Part shown: one piece after another, positions 20,118 through 29,823 of the stretch
Layout: each line of letters opens with the position of its first letter
How positions within the stretch are numbered: the first letter of the stretch is position 1
Assembly (NCBI GenBank): GCA_016721625.1
Contig: JADKHR010000001.1
Span: forward strand, 1,967,225-2,031,224
Direction: 5' to 3'
Length of the DNA: 64,000 nt
DNA from: Elusimicrobiota bacterium
Lineage (GTDB): Bacteria > Elusimicrobiota > Elusimicrobia > FEN-1173
Notes under the pieces: model-generated
What the model saw: the letters and a program-made list of their open reading frames with translations, nothing else
Told to the model about the DNA's origin: nothing
Database searches by the model: none
Made by a program: the position numbers and the translations under genes

Positions 20118-21576
20118 ATGCTTTTCAATTCTTGGGAATTCCTTTTTTTCTTTCCTACGGTGACCGCTTTGTATTTCATCCTGCCCCATCGCTCTCGCTG
20201 GTTCCTGCTTTTGTTGGCGAGTTGTTATTTTTATATGTCTTTTATCCCGATATACATATTGATCCTTGGAGTGACGATCCTGGTGGACTATTACGCCGGC
20301 CAATTTATTGAAATGTCGTCGGGCCGAAAAAAGAAATATTTTCTTGCCGGCAGTATTGTCGCCAATGTGGGTTTCCTGGCTTTTTTCAAGTACTTCATTT
20401 TTCTTAATGACAATATGGCGTTGATAGCAAAGGCGATCCATTGGAATTACCCTATCCCTTCTTTAAATATCATTCTTCCCATCGGGTTATCATTCCATAC
20501 TTTTCAAGCCATGAGTTACACGATTGAAATCTATCGGGGCCGTCAAAAGGCGGAGAAGCACTTCGGCCTATTTGCTTTGTACGTGATGTTTTATCCGCAG
20601 TTGGTGGCCGGACCCATCGAACGTCCTCAAAATTTAATACATCAGTTTTCCGAGGAGCATGAATTTGAATACGGGAGAGTGTCCGACGGATTAAAATTAA
20701 TGGCGTGGGGTTTTTAAAAGGTCGTTGTGGCGGACAGGTTGGCGCTCCTCGTCAATCAAGTCTATGACAATCCCACGCGGTACACGGGTTTACCGTTGAT
20801 CATCGCCACCGTCTTTTTTTCCTTCCAAATCTATTGTGATTTTTCCGGATACTCCGATATCGCCATTGGATCGGCTCAAATCATGGGATTCAAATTAATG
20901 AAAAACTTTAACAGGCCGTATTTTTCGAAATCAATTGCCGAATTTTGGAAAAGATGGCATATTTCTTTGTCTTCGTGGTTCAGAGACTATTTTTATATTC
21001 CACTTGGGGGAAGCAGGGTTTCAAAAGGGAGATGGCAGTTTAATCTGCTCCTCACATTCTTGATAAGCGGGCTGTGGCATGGAGCCCATTGGACTTACGT
21101 TGCCTGGGGAGGCCTGAACGGGCTTTATTTCATTTTTTCAATTTGGACGGAAGGGATCCGGAAAAGAATCACTGTATTTGCGAACCTCCATAAGTTTCCC
21201 ATGGTTCAACAATGCGGGCAAATCGTTATAACTTATTCACTTATTTGTTTTTCTTGGATTTTTTTTCGAGCCAAAAATCTAAAAGAATCTTTCTATATTA
21301 TAAGTCATCTTTTTAAAGGGTCGAATCTATTTTTAAATTCAAAGCCGTCATCTCCGGCATCGGTGGGTTAGGATTCGGAAAGAAGGATTATTTAGCTGCC
21401 ATCGTTTCCATGGTCTTTTTAGAAACCGTGGAATACGTTCAACGAAAGGAAAGCCTTAGGCCATGGATTTCAAAACAACCCGCCTATGTGAGATGGGGAT
21501 TATATTATTTACTGGTTTTTTGGATTTGTTCATTCGGGGTTTTTAGGAAATCGCAATTTATCTATTTTCAATTCTA
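20118..21576 (+). CDS. MBOAT-family membrane O-acyltransferase (AlgI/DltB-like), interrupted by an in-frame TAA and a frame change
   Basis: MBOAT signatures SFHTFQAMSYTIEIYRG, FWKRWHISLSSWFRDYFYIPLGGSR, WHGAHW; same-frame ORFs 20118-20717 and 20727-21371 separated by TAA at 20715-20717 (…LKLMAWGF*KVVVADRLA…); C-terminus continues in another frame to ~21576. Confidence 0.75.
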
Positions 21577-21581
21577 AAACC

Positions 21582-22712
21582 ATGAAAAGAAATGTCGGGG
21601 CATTGTTAATTAAAATATTCATTTTGTCGGTTCCCATCGCCCTCCTCTTCTTCATCATGTGTTGGGCGATGTGGACTTCTGGCGAATTGATGTCGGTGAA
21701 GGATATCCTCAGAAATGAAACACCGGCGACTTTGTTCGGATTGGCATACTCGGACCCTAAAGAACGCTACAAATTAAATAAGCTGATAAAGAAAAACCCC
21801 GTGATCATCGCGCTGGGATCCTCCCGGGTTATGCAGTTTCGGGAGATCTTCTTCAAGCCGAGTTTTTATAATGCCGGGGGGTGTGCGGGGCGAATAAAAA
21901 ACTTTTCACAGTTTATGGCACATCTTCCAAACGAAATGAAATGCACGACGATGATCGTGGGTTTAGACCAAAACTTTTTCAATCCGAATTGGGACGACTT
22001 CGGACCAGATCACTTTTTGGATTTGCTGGAAAAGGAGAGATCCCGAGGGCCGCTCCTGGTTTCATCTTTTCAAAAGTTTTGGTTTGATTTTATGACCAAA
22101 GGGATTTCTCTCTCAAAAATAGCGAACAACAGGTGGAGCGAGGCCATTGGCTTGAACGCCATTGTTCAAAGCAACGGTTTCCAGGACGACGGCGGATATC
22201 AGAGGGGGCCACCGGCGAATAATTTAATAAGGGAGATCCCGAATTTTGCCGCGGAGCCAGGATCGGATGCTATTTTGAAAGAAGGAAGTCGATTAGCGGC
22301 GTTTAAAGGCATAAATGTTAACGCGATAAATGAACTCGATCGTTTTTTAGCGGCATGCAAAATGCGAAACATTCATGTCATTGCTTTTTTCCCTCCCTTT
22401 CCGGAAGATGTGTATGACAAATTGCTGGAACTAAAACCGGATTTTACCGGTTTTTTCCAATTGCCTAAACTCGTATCCCCGCATTTAAAAACGTTTGGAT
22501 TTGAGTTTTATGATTTCACAAATCCCAGAACGTTGGGAGCCCAAAACATGGAGTTTTGCGACAGTATTCATGGTTCCGACACGGTGTATTTGAGAATCGT
22601 TATTGGTATGGCCTTGAGGGGATCTTCCATAAACCAGAGCATCGATTTAAATTCCCTTGCCAAAATGCTTAACGATTCAAAAGGTGGAAAATCGGTATTC
22701 CCTTTAAAATAA
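21582..22712 (+). CDS. DltD/AlgJ-like SGNH-type acyltransferase partner of MBOAT, membrane-anchored
   Basis: 376-aa ORF with N-terminal signal anchor (…ILSVPIALLFFIMCWAMW…), GSS-containing segment …VIIALGSSRVMQF… and …CDSIHGSDTVYL…; directly downstream of MBOAT gene. Confidence 0.5.
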   Translation: MKRNVGALLIKIFILSVPIALLFFIMCWAMWTSGELMSVKDILRNETPATLFGLAYSDPKERYKLNKLIKKNPVIIALGSSRVMQFREIFFKPSFYNAGGCAGRIKNFSQFMAHLPNEMKCTTMIVGLDQNFFNPNWDDFGPDHFLDLLEKERSRGPLLVSSFQKFWFDFMTKGISLSKIANNRWSEAIGLNAIVQSNGFQDDGGYQRGPPANNLIREIPNFAAEPGSDAILKEGSRLAAFKGINVNAINELDRFLAACKMRNIHVIAFFPPFPEDVYDKLLELKPDFTGFFQLPKLVSPHLKTFGFEFYDFTNPRTLGAQNMEFCDSIHGSDTVYLRIVIGMALRGSSINQSIDLNSLAKMLNDSKGGKSVFPLK

Positions 22713-22771
22713 CCGCCGGACCACGGGGGAAAGGGGGGCCGAAATTAAACCGTTGGATGCCATTTTAACTG

Positions 22772-22831
22772 TATAATAGGGGTCGGTTTCCTTTGATGGA
22801 GGCTTTCGTCTTAGCGTAAGACGATTGACAT
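22772..22831 (+). promoter_or_regulatory. candidate promoter/5' leader element upstream of radical SAM gene
   Basis: TATAAT hexamer at 22772-22777 preceded by TG; perfect 19-bp palindrome tcgtcttagcgtaagacga at 22807-22825; TTGACA at 22826-22831; -35/-10 spacing not canonical. Confidence 0.25.
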
Positions 22832-22874
22832 GGCGGGGCCGAAGCCGGTCCGGCAGTAAAGGGACGCGCGCCAT

Positions 22875-23903
22875 ATGGAAAAGTCTTTTGTTCCCTTGGG
22901 GTGGTTGCCTCAAGAACACGTCGTCCAAATCAGCGCGGATTACGTCGAGGTTCTTGGCACCGATCGAATCGATAACGTGGAAAAACGTCTAGGTCCGTCG
23001 TATCAGGCGTACCGCGCGAACTGGACGTCACGGCCGCGATCGCAAATCGTGGGCGATTATCCCCTCCATTTGGATGTGGAATGCACGGCCGTTTGCAACC
23101 TTCGTTGCACCATGTGTCAAATCCCCTTTGATACGATGCCCTCCGGGTTGATTTCCCCAGGCCTCTTCAAGAAGATCATGGACGAAATTAAGCTGAGCAA
23201 AGCCGACCTTCCCTCCGTGAAATTTAATTTTCGCGGGGAACCCACCCTCCATCCTCAGATAGCGGAATTTGTCCGCTTGGCTCGGGAGTCGGGAATTATG
23301 GATGTCCAGTTCAACACGAACGGGACCATGCTGAACGAAAAACTTTCCAAGGACCTTATCTCCGCCGGTCTGGTGCGCATCAAATTTTCTTTGGACAGCA
23401 TGAATCCTTCCCTCTACAACAGCGTTCGGAAAGGCGCCGACTACAAAAAAACGTTAGGGCACATCCTTGATTTTTTGAGAATTCGAAATGAGCTTGGATC
23501 GGCTTTTCCTTCCGTGATGGTCCAAATGGTTTTCATGTCCATGAACCAAAATGAACTCATGGATTACATCCATTTCTGGCAGGACAAGGTCAACCGGATT
23601 GGGATTTCACGCTACCGCTCCGGCAACAATGAGTCCGGAGAGGACGCCCAGGTGAATGTTCCAGTGCAAACCGAACGGTTCCCTTGCCCCCAGCTATGGC
23701 AAAGGCTGGTCATCCTTTTTGACGGCACGGTGCTGATGTGTTGCGGAGATCACCACAGCAAAAATCCTATCGGGGATATCAAAACCCGTTCAATCCGTGA
23801 CATTTGGCACAGTCCGGAGCTCTCCGCCATGAGACGATTACATTCGGAACACCGGTATGATGAAATAGAGGCGTGCAAGGGTTGTCAAATCAACTGTCGT
23901 TGA
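22875..23903 (+). CDS. radical SAM protein with C-terminal SPASM/twitch-like Cys cluster
   Basis: CxxxCxxC motif in ...ECTAVCNLRCTMCQ...; C-terminal cysteine-rich region ...CPQLWQRLVILFDGTVLMCCGDHH...ACKGCQINC. Confidence 0.8.
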   Translation: MEKSFVPLGWLPQEHVVQISADYVEVLGTDRIDNVEKRLGPSYQAYRANWTSRPRSQIVGDYPLHLDVECTAVCNLRCTMCQIPFDTMPSGLISPGLFKKIMDEIKLSKADLPSVKFNFRGEPTLHPQIAEFVRLARESGIMDVQFNTNGTMLNEKLSKDLISAGLVRIKFSLDSMNPSLYNSVRKGADYKKTLGHILDFLRIRNELGSAFPSVMVQMVFMSMNQNELMDYIHFWQDKVNRIGISRYRSGNNESGEDAQVNVPVQTERFPCPQLWQRLVILFDGTVLMCCGDHHSKNPIGDIKTRSIRDIWHSPELSAMRRLHSEHRYDEIEACKGCQINCR

Positions 23904-23999
23904 CGGCGGGTTTTCGGGCGGAGAGAATGAGGAAAAGGTCGACGAAACATCGGTCGGGCCGGGGGTGGTGATTTGAAATTGGCGAACAGGTCGGGGGCG

Positions 24000-24572
24000 A
24001 TGAAAACGAAATACCTGGTTGGCCGGCGCGTTACGCTCGGGCTGATTTCGCTCCGGGCCGATTTGTCCCACTACGCGGATTGGGTCAATGACCGCGAAAC
24101 GACCCAATTTATGGCGGTCGGGCGGTTCCCCGTGACGCTCGGCGAATTGCGGGCCTACGTCCGCCAGTATGCCGTCGACAAAACTGGCCTCTTGCTGGGT
24201 ATTTTTCTAAATAAATCAAAACGACACATTGGAAATATCACGTTGAACGACATACAATGGAAGGATCGGCGCGCGGAGGTCGGCGTTCTCATCGGGGAGA
24301 AGCCGTTCCGCGGCAAAGGTTACGGCCGGGAGGCCATCGAGCTCATTGTCGAGCATGCGTTCGGGTGGCTTAATTTACACAAGTTGTCTTGCGGGATGGT
24401 CGAGGGCAATGAGGCCTCTCGCCGGGCATTTATGCGGATCGGTTTTAAGGAGGAAGGGTTTTTGCGCCGTCATGTTTTTGTGGACGGTTCCTACCTGGGT
24501 TGTTACCGCCTGGGTTTATTGCGGGAAGAGTATGCAAAAACATTGCAACCAAAATTGAAACGAAGGGAATAA
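24000..24572 (+). CDS. GNAT-family N-acetyltransferase
   Basis: ATG 24000 in frame of ORF 23973-24572; acetyl-CoA binding-like segment …RGKGYGREAIELIVEHAFGWLNLHKL…. Confidence 0.65.
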   Translation: MKTKYLVGRRVTLGLISLRADLSHYADWVNDRETTQFMAVGRFPVTLGELRAYVRQYAVDKTGLLLGIFLNKSKRHIGNITLNDIQWKDRRAEVGVLIGEKPFRGKGYGREAIELIVEHAFGWLNLHKLSCGMVEGNEASRRAFMRIGFKEEGFLRRHVFVDGSYLGCYRLGLLREEYAKTLQPKLKRRE

Positions 24573-24576
24573 AACC

Positions 24577-26502
24577 ATGCGGAAAATGTTTATTGCCACC
24601 GGTGACCGTCGGCTCGATTTGGGTGTTTCGCTTGAACCCGTTACGGCCTTGCGCGGCGGGTCGAATTTGGTCGCGAGTCTTAAAACGGCCGATCATACGA
24701 TTTCTATCTCGGCCACGAAGAAAGCCTACATTTGGGGGGATTTGTTTTATTTCATTAACCCGGACGGTTCCGTCCTCCCGATGAATTCAAAGGGGCGGAT
24801 CCAAAACATTTTCCGGAAACATTCCTATCGGGATATTCATCACTCGATGGAAGGCCAGTTCGTGTGCCTGCTCGCGGATTCCGAAAAGAGAAATGCCGTT
24901 ATTTTTTCCGATCGATACTCGCGCCAAGATTATTTTTACGCGGAAGAAAATAATCAATTCTACCTCAGTTCCGATCTGGATTTGTTGTTCACGTTCATTC
25001 AACCGCGCTACGACCAGAAAATGATCGCCCACATGTTTTCGGTGTATGGGTGGTATGTCCCCAAGCCGCGAACCATGTATGTGGGAGTGAACCGTTTGGC
25101 CGTTGGAGAAATTAAACATTTGGACGGGGAGATTTCAACGGAACAGGTCGAATTCAAACCTCTGCCCATCCAAGATTACACTCAAAACCACCTGGCCACG
25201 TACGAGAGTTATTTGCGGAATTCCATCAGAACCCGGGCCAACCAAAAAGGGACCACATGGGTGTCCAGTTCAAGCGGTTGGGATTCGTCCAGCTTGGTCG
25301 GCCTGTTGGCGGATGAGTTCGGTTCTGGAAAAGTCAGGATGGTCACCGGCAGTATGCTGTACTCGAAGGCGACCCATGTCATCAATTCTTTTGAAATCGA
25401 GAAGATAAAGAAAATCGGCAAATTTTTTGGAATCCGCCCCGATATTGTTCCTTTCGATTTCAAAAACCGGGCCATCGTGGATTACTGGAAGAAGGTGCTT
25501 CCATTTTATAAATCGCGTCATGTCTACACGATCGTCACCCACAATTACTCCCGCTTGTCCGAACGGCTGACGGAGTCGAACGGAGGGTCGGAAGTGGTTT
25601 TCAATGGAGAGACCTCGGATTCTTTTCACAATTTCGGGTTTTCTCAATTTGTGACATTTTTTCATACCGTCAAATCATTCACCGAATACGCCGATAAAAT
25701 GAATTGCTATCTTTTCGGACCGACTTTCTTTAAGAAAGTCCTTGATGATTCATACCTGAGCGACAAAGTGTTCCAGATTTTTCAACGAATGAAACCCGAG
25801 GTCAAGTGGGCGGGGGCGGGGGCCTCCAAGGCGGAAAAGATGCGCGCCTATTTATCTCCGTTATTCCACGGCTCAACGAGGATTCCCTTTGCGAGAATCC
25901 CCGCCAATCCGGCCCTGAAACCGTCTGTTGAGGCCCAATCCGTCCATTACATGTTTGAGTGTTTTCGGAATTTGGAATCGATGACCCCGGAAACAATGTA
26001 TTCGTGGATAATTTATCTCTACCACAGCATGCATTCCCAGGGCTCCACGGTCAATGTTCAAAAACACGCCATGGCCATGAACGGCCACGGGTGGAGATCT
26101 CCTTTTAATGATTTACGATTAATCCAACTGCTTTCACAGGCTCCCGAGTCTTGGGGACGGGGCCTCGATCTCCATCACACAAAGTATCCGCTGAAATGGT
26201 TGTTGAAAAACCGTCTTAAATTTCCGTATGAATTGCTTGAAACGGGTCCCCATTCCTATCTCTATGACGTTCTCGAGGGATTTTCTTTGACCGAGGAGAT
26301 CGTCTACCGATCGGGAGTGAGTGAATTTTTCCGTCAAACCCTCCATTCAAAGCCGTATCGAGGGTTATTGGATGATCGCACCTTCAATGTCAAATACCTG
26401 GACTCCATTGCGGATGCGTATCTGCAAAAAAAGGAGACGAAAGGCCAAGATTTCAACAATCTTGTCAGTCTGATCACTTTGTGCATGACCGGGTGGTATT
26501 GA
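24577..26502 (+). CDS. asparagine synthetase-like PP-loop ATP pyrophosphatase lacking N-terminal Cys nucleophile (possible sugar amidotransferase)
   Basis: 641-aa ORF; PP-loop-like segment ...TTWVSSSSGWDSSSLVGLL...; N-terminus MRKMFIATGD has no Cys2. Confidence 0.55.
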   Translation: MRKMFIATGDRRLDLGVSLEPVTALRGGSNLVASLKTADHTISISATKKAYIWGDLFYFINPDGSVLPMNSKGRIQNIFRKHSYRDIHHSMEGQFVCLLADSEKRNAVIFSDRYSRQDYFYAEENNQFYLSSDLDLLFTFIQPRYDQKMIAHMFSVYGWYVPKPRTMYVGVNRLAVGEIKHLDGEISTEQVEFKPLPIQDYTQNHLATYESYLRNSIRTRANQKGTTWVSSSSGWDSSSLVGLLADEFGSGKVRMVTGSMLYSKATHVINSFEIEKIKKIGKFFGIRPDIVPFDFKNRAIVDYWKKVLPFYKSRHVYTIVTHNYSRLSERLTESNGGSEVVFNGETSDSFHNFGFSQFVTFFHTVKSFTEYADKMNCYLFGPTFFKKVLDDSYLSDKVFQIFQRMKPEVKWAGAGASKAEKMRAYLSPLFHGSTRIPFARIPANPALKPSVEAQSVHYMFECFRNLESMTPETMYSWIIYLYHSMHSQGSTVNVQKHAMAMNGHGWRSPFNDLRLIQLLSQAPESWGRGLDLHHTKYPLKWLLKNRLKFPYELLETGPHSYLYDVLEGFSLTEEIVYRSGVSEFFRQTLHSKPYRGLLDDRTFNVKYLDSIADAYLQKKETKGQDFNNLVSLITLCMTGWY

Positions 26503-26550
26503 TCCCTTGGAGGATTTAAAGGCTTCCATGGTGCAGGTTTCGGACGCGGT

Positions 26551-28053
26551 ATGGCCGGCATGGAAGTTGAAAAGAAGTTAATAACGAACTCGTTTTTCTA
26601 TGTTTTGCCGAAATTTGCCGGAATCGGCATTAACATAATGACGCTACCGATATTAACGAGGATTTTGAGCCCCCAGGATTTCGGGGCCGTGGCCATGGCC
26701 ACGGTGTTTTCAACCTTTGCCGTGGGGATTTTTTCATGGGGTTTGCCGATCGCGGTCCAGCGGTATTTTTTCGAATACCGAAGAGACCCCGTTCGGCTGG
26801 GTCGATATCTTTTCACGTGCCAATTTTTTCTGCACTTGGTCCTGCTCGTTTCTTCCGCGCCCATCTATATTTTCAGGAACGCCTTTTCAACGTTGTTCAT
26901 AGGAAACCCAGGGTACGGAAACGCATTTTTTACGTTTTACGTATCGACTTTTTTCTTCTTCATCCTCAACGTGTACTTAACGACGTTACAGAACTTTGAA
27001 AATGCGAAAGTCCATTCGTTTTTCACGATATTCCATGCCGTTGTTTTAGGCGGTCTCAATGTGACGTTAAGTTTTTCGTTTAAAGATTACACCGGCTTGA
27101 TGTACGCTTCAATCGCAAGTTCTTTTGGGGTCTCCGCCCTATGCACGTTATATTTTTTTAAATATTTTCGAAACGTTTTAAGTTTTGAAATGCTCAAAGA
27201 AAGTCTGGTTTACGGGGCCCAAAACATTCCGAAATCATTCACCGGTTTCATAGGGAGGTTTTTTGACAAGTACCTGATCAACAAAGTCCTCACGTTGCAG
27301 GCCGTGGGTGTTTATAACATCGGGCAGTCGCTTGGGAATTCATCGATTTCTTTATTAAACACCATATGGTCCTCTTTTCAACCCTTGTGTTATCGACAGG
27401 TGTTTGATCAGGGACCGAAGGCGAGCCGGCCCGTTGGACGATTGTTCTCCTATTTTCTCTTCGCCACCGCGAGCCCGTTGCTTCTTGTTCTATTGTTTTC
27501 TTCCGAAATCGTCCGTCTCCTGGCTCCCCCGGCCTACCAGCCCGCGGTGGACGTGATTATGATTTTTCTTTGCGCCATGTCGACGAACATATTTGGAATG
27601 TACGTAGGGGTTCAGTATGCCTACGCGAAAAAGCCGCTGTATATTGTTCTCGCCACAACGATGGGAACATTGGTCAATGTCGGCATGAATTTGTTGTTGA
27701 TTCCACGCTGGGGTTTGGTGGGGGCTTCTTTGGGGGCGTTGGTTTCCTACGCGACCATCAACGGACTGCTGACCGTTATTGGTCAGTCTCTTTATCGAAT
27801 ACATTACGAATGGGGGTTTGTGGCGTGCGTCTATGGAATCATCGGGCTCAGCACCTTGGCAGGCCTTCTAATGCGCGCCACGCAAATATCCTATGGCGTT
27901 CAACTCTGCCTTAAGATTTGCTTATTTGGTGCCTTGATCTTCGCGGGTTCCCGTTGGAAGGTCGCGACGATGGATACGGCACGAAAGATCGTCCGGTTGT
28001 TAAAACCTCAAAAGGGGCTCAGTCCGGAATTTCGCCCCGTCTCGCCTCATTAG
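26551..28053 (+). CDS. Wzx-type oligosaccharide flippase (polysaccharide biosynthesis protein, MOP superfamily)
   Basis: 500-aa very hydrophobic multi-pass membrane protein typical of Wzx/polysaccharide transporter family. Confidence 0.7.
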   Translation: MAGMEVEKKLITNSFFYVLPKFAGIGINIMTLPILTRILSPQDFGAVAMATVFSTFAVGIFSWGLPIAVQRYFFEYRRDPVRLGRYLFTCQFFLHLVLLVSSAPIYIFRNAFSTLFIGNPGYGNAFFTFYVSTFFFFILNVYLTTLQNFENAKVHSFFTIFHAVVLGGLNVTLSFSFKDYTGLMYASIASSFGVSALCTLYFFKYFRNVLSFEMLKESLVYGAQNIPKSFTGFIGRFFDKYLINKVLTLQAVGVYNIGQSLGNSSISLLNTIWSSFQPLCYRQVFDQGPKASRPVGRLFSYFLFATASPLLLVLLFSSEIVRLLAPPAYQPAVDVIMIFLCAMSTNIFGMYVGVQYAYAKKPLYIVLATTMGTLVNVGMNLLLIPRWGLVGASLGALVSYATINGLLTVIGQSLYRIHYEWGFVACVYGIIGLSTLAGLLMRATQISYGVQLCLKICLFGALIFAGSRWKVATMDTARKIVRLLKPQKGLSPEFRPVSPH

Positions 28054-28073
28054 ATGGAATAGGGAGAATCCCA

Positions 28074-29077
28074 TTGGGTCGTCAAAAATTTCAATTTCCG
28101 CTCCTCATCGCAGAGGTTGCCAATTCACACGGGGGTTCTCGTCCGTATCTTTTCCAACTGACCAAGAGGCTGCTGGCTACGAGCGTCCCTGCCGTTAAAT
28201 TTCAATGCATCGTGGCGGATGATTTTTTGACCCCCGCTCACCCCCAATACGAGCTATTCAAGTCCTTTGAATTTCCGCCGACCGTATTTTCCACGCTGGT
28301 GCGGCTCATCCATGGGGCAAGGAAAAAGGCGTATTTTGACGTTTTCGGCGACATCTCGTTGGCGGCGGCGGATCGGGTCGGCGCCGACGGTTTTAAAATC
28401 TATGCCAGCGACATCGGCAATAATCCTTTCATTGAAAAGGTCCTCTCGATCGGAAAGCCGGTCTTGATCTCAGTGGGGGAGCGACGCTGAGCGAAATCGA
28501 CGAGATTGTTAAAATATGTTCGGGAAAACAGTTCTGTCTCTTGGTGGGGTTTCAAGCGTTCCCTACTCCGATCGAGGAATCCAACGTGGGGAAAATTAAA
28601 TTCCTAAGAGAACGATACGGTTGTTCCGTCGGATACATGGATCATTCTCCGGCCATTGACCCTTTCTCGGAATTTGTCCCTTGTTTGGCGGTTGGGCAAG
28701 GGGCCTGTTGCATCGAAAAACACGCGTATCTTAAAGCCAGGAAGACCTTGTATGATTGGCAATCGGCGTTCGACCCCTCCCAGTTTGAAACGCTCGCTCA
28801 CCGCCTTAAGAAGGCTCAGTCCGCGTTGGGGACAACGTTCTTTCCCCTTTCTTCTTCTGAACAGGCTTACTCCCGCTCAAAGCGGAAAATCATTGTCGCG
28901 GCCGATCCGATCGACCAAGGAGTTCGGATCCTCCCCAAGAACATCATGGGCCGATGCGCCCATCTTTCTTCGAGGACCTCGTTTTTCACACTCAACCAGT
29001 CCGGCCACGTGGTCGGTCGAGTGGCTCGAAAAAATATCCAACGGTTCGAGGTGATCTCGCCGGACATTTTAAGATGA
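28074..29077 (+). CDS. NeuB-family nonulosonate/ulosonate synthase paralog 1 (one frame change)
   Basis: TTG 28074 after AGGGAGA RBS; N-terminal ...PLLIAEVANSHGGS...AVKFQ...; continues after a frame change at ~28470 (ISVG / GGATLSEIDEIVKICSGKQFCLLVGFQAFPTP...MDHS...IEKH...). Confidence 0.7.
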
Positions 29078-29811
29078 AAGAGATTATTGGGTTGGTCGCC
29101 GTGCGCATGGCTTCCAGGCGGCTCCCAAAAAAGGCTTTTCGGACCATCGCTGGAAAACCGATTCTTCGAATCCTCGTGGACCGGTTACGAACATCGGGAC
29201 TCGATGATTTTGTGGTTTGCACCACCACCGCGGACGAGGACAAAGAGATAGAATCATGGTGTTCCTCCAACGGGGTCCGCTGTTTTCGCGGTGATTCGGA
29301 CAATGTGCTGAGGCGGTTTGTCCGCTGTGTCTCGACAAACCCCGCCGCGTATATCGTCCGAATTACGGGAGACAATCCTTTTACCGATTTTCTGTCCATG
29401 CGGGAGATGTTCGTCGAGATGAAACAAAACAAGGCCGATTACGCCCGGCAGGTGGGTGTGCCCCTGGGGGCCGCCTGTGAAATCGTTCGGACCTCCGCCC
29501 TGGAAGAGCTTCACCGGCGCGCCCGCACGCCCGAACTAAGCGAGTTCATGACCTACTTTTTCGAGCTCGCTCCTTTTATACGGAAGCAGTTCTTCCATGT
29601 GCCGGAAAATATTCGGATGCCGCAATTGCGGCTGACCATCGATTATGAATCGGATGTCCAATTCGCGAACGCTCTCGTCGATCATTTTCATGGTCGGATT
29701 CCCTCGTTGGAGGAAATTGTTTCCCACTGCGTTCAACGGTCGGATTATCCGCTCGTGAAAGAAGATGCGGCGGCTTCGGATGAAATTAAAAAGAAGATAC
29801 TCATTGATTAA
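29074..29811 (+). CDS. cytidylyltransferase (CTP_transf_3 / SpsF-PseF-like CMP-sugar synthetase)
   Basis: ATG overlaps previous stop (ATGA); MKEIIGLVAVRMASRRLPKKAFRTIAGKPIL... and ...RITGDNPF... motifs. Confidence 0.7.
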   Translation: MKEIIGLVAVRMASRRLPKKAFRTIAGKPILRILVDRLRTSGLDDFVVCTTTADEDKEIESWCSSNGVRCFRGDSDNVLRRFVRCVSTNPAAYIVRITGDNPFTDFLSMREMFVEMKQNKADYARQVGVPLGAACEIVRTSALEELHRRARTPELSEFMTYFFELAPFIRKQFFHVPENIRMPQLRLTIDYESDVQFANALVDHFHGRIPSLEEIVSHCVQRSDYPLVKEDAAASDEIKKKILID

Positions 29812-29823
29812 TGGGGGAGCCTG

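Noticed and set aside
22713-22874. Possible RiPP precursor peptide upstream of the radical SAM/SPASM gene
   Set aside because: Only 3-9 codon ORFs exist in this gap; none long enough or with a leader/core-like composition.
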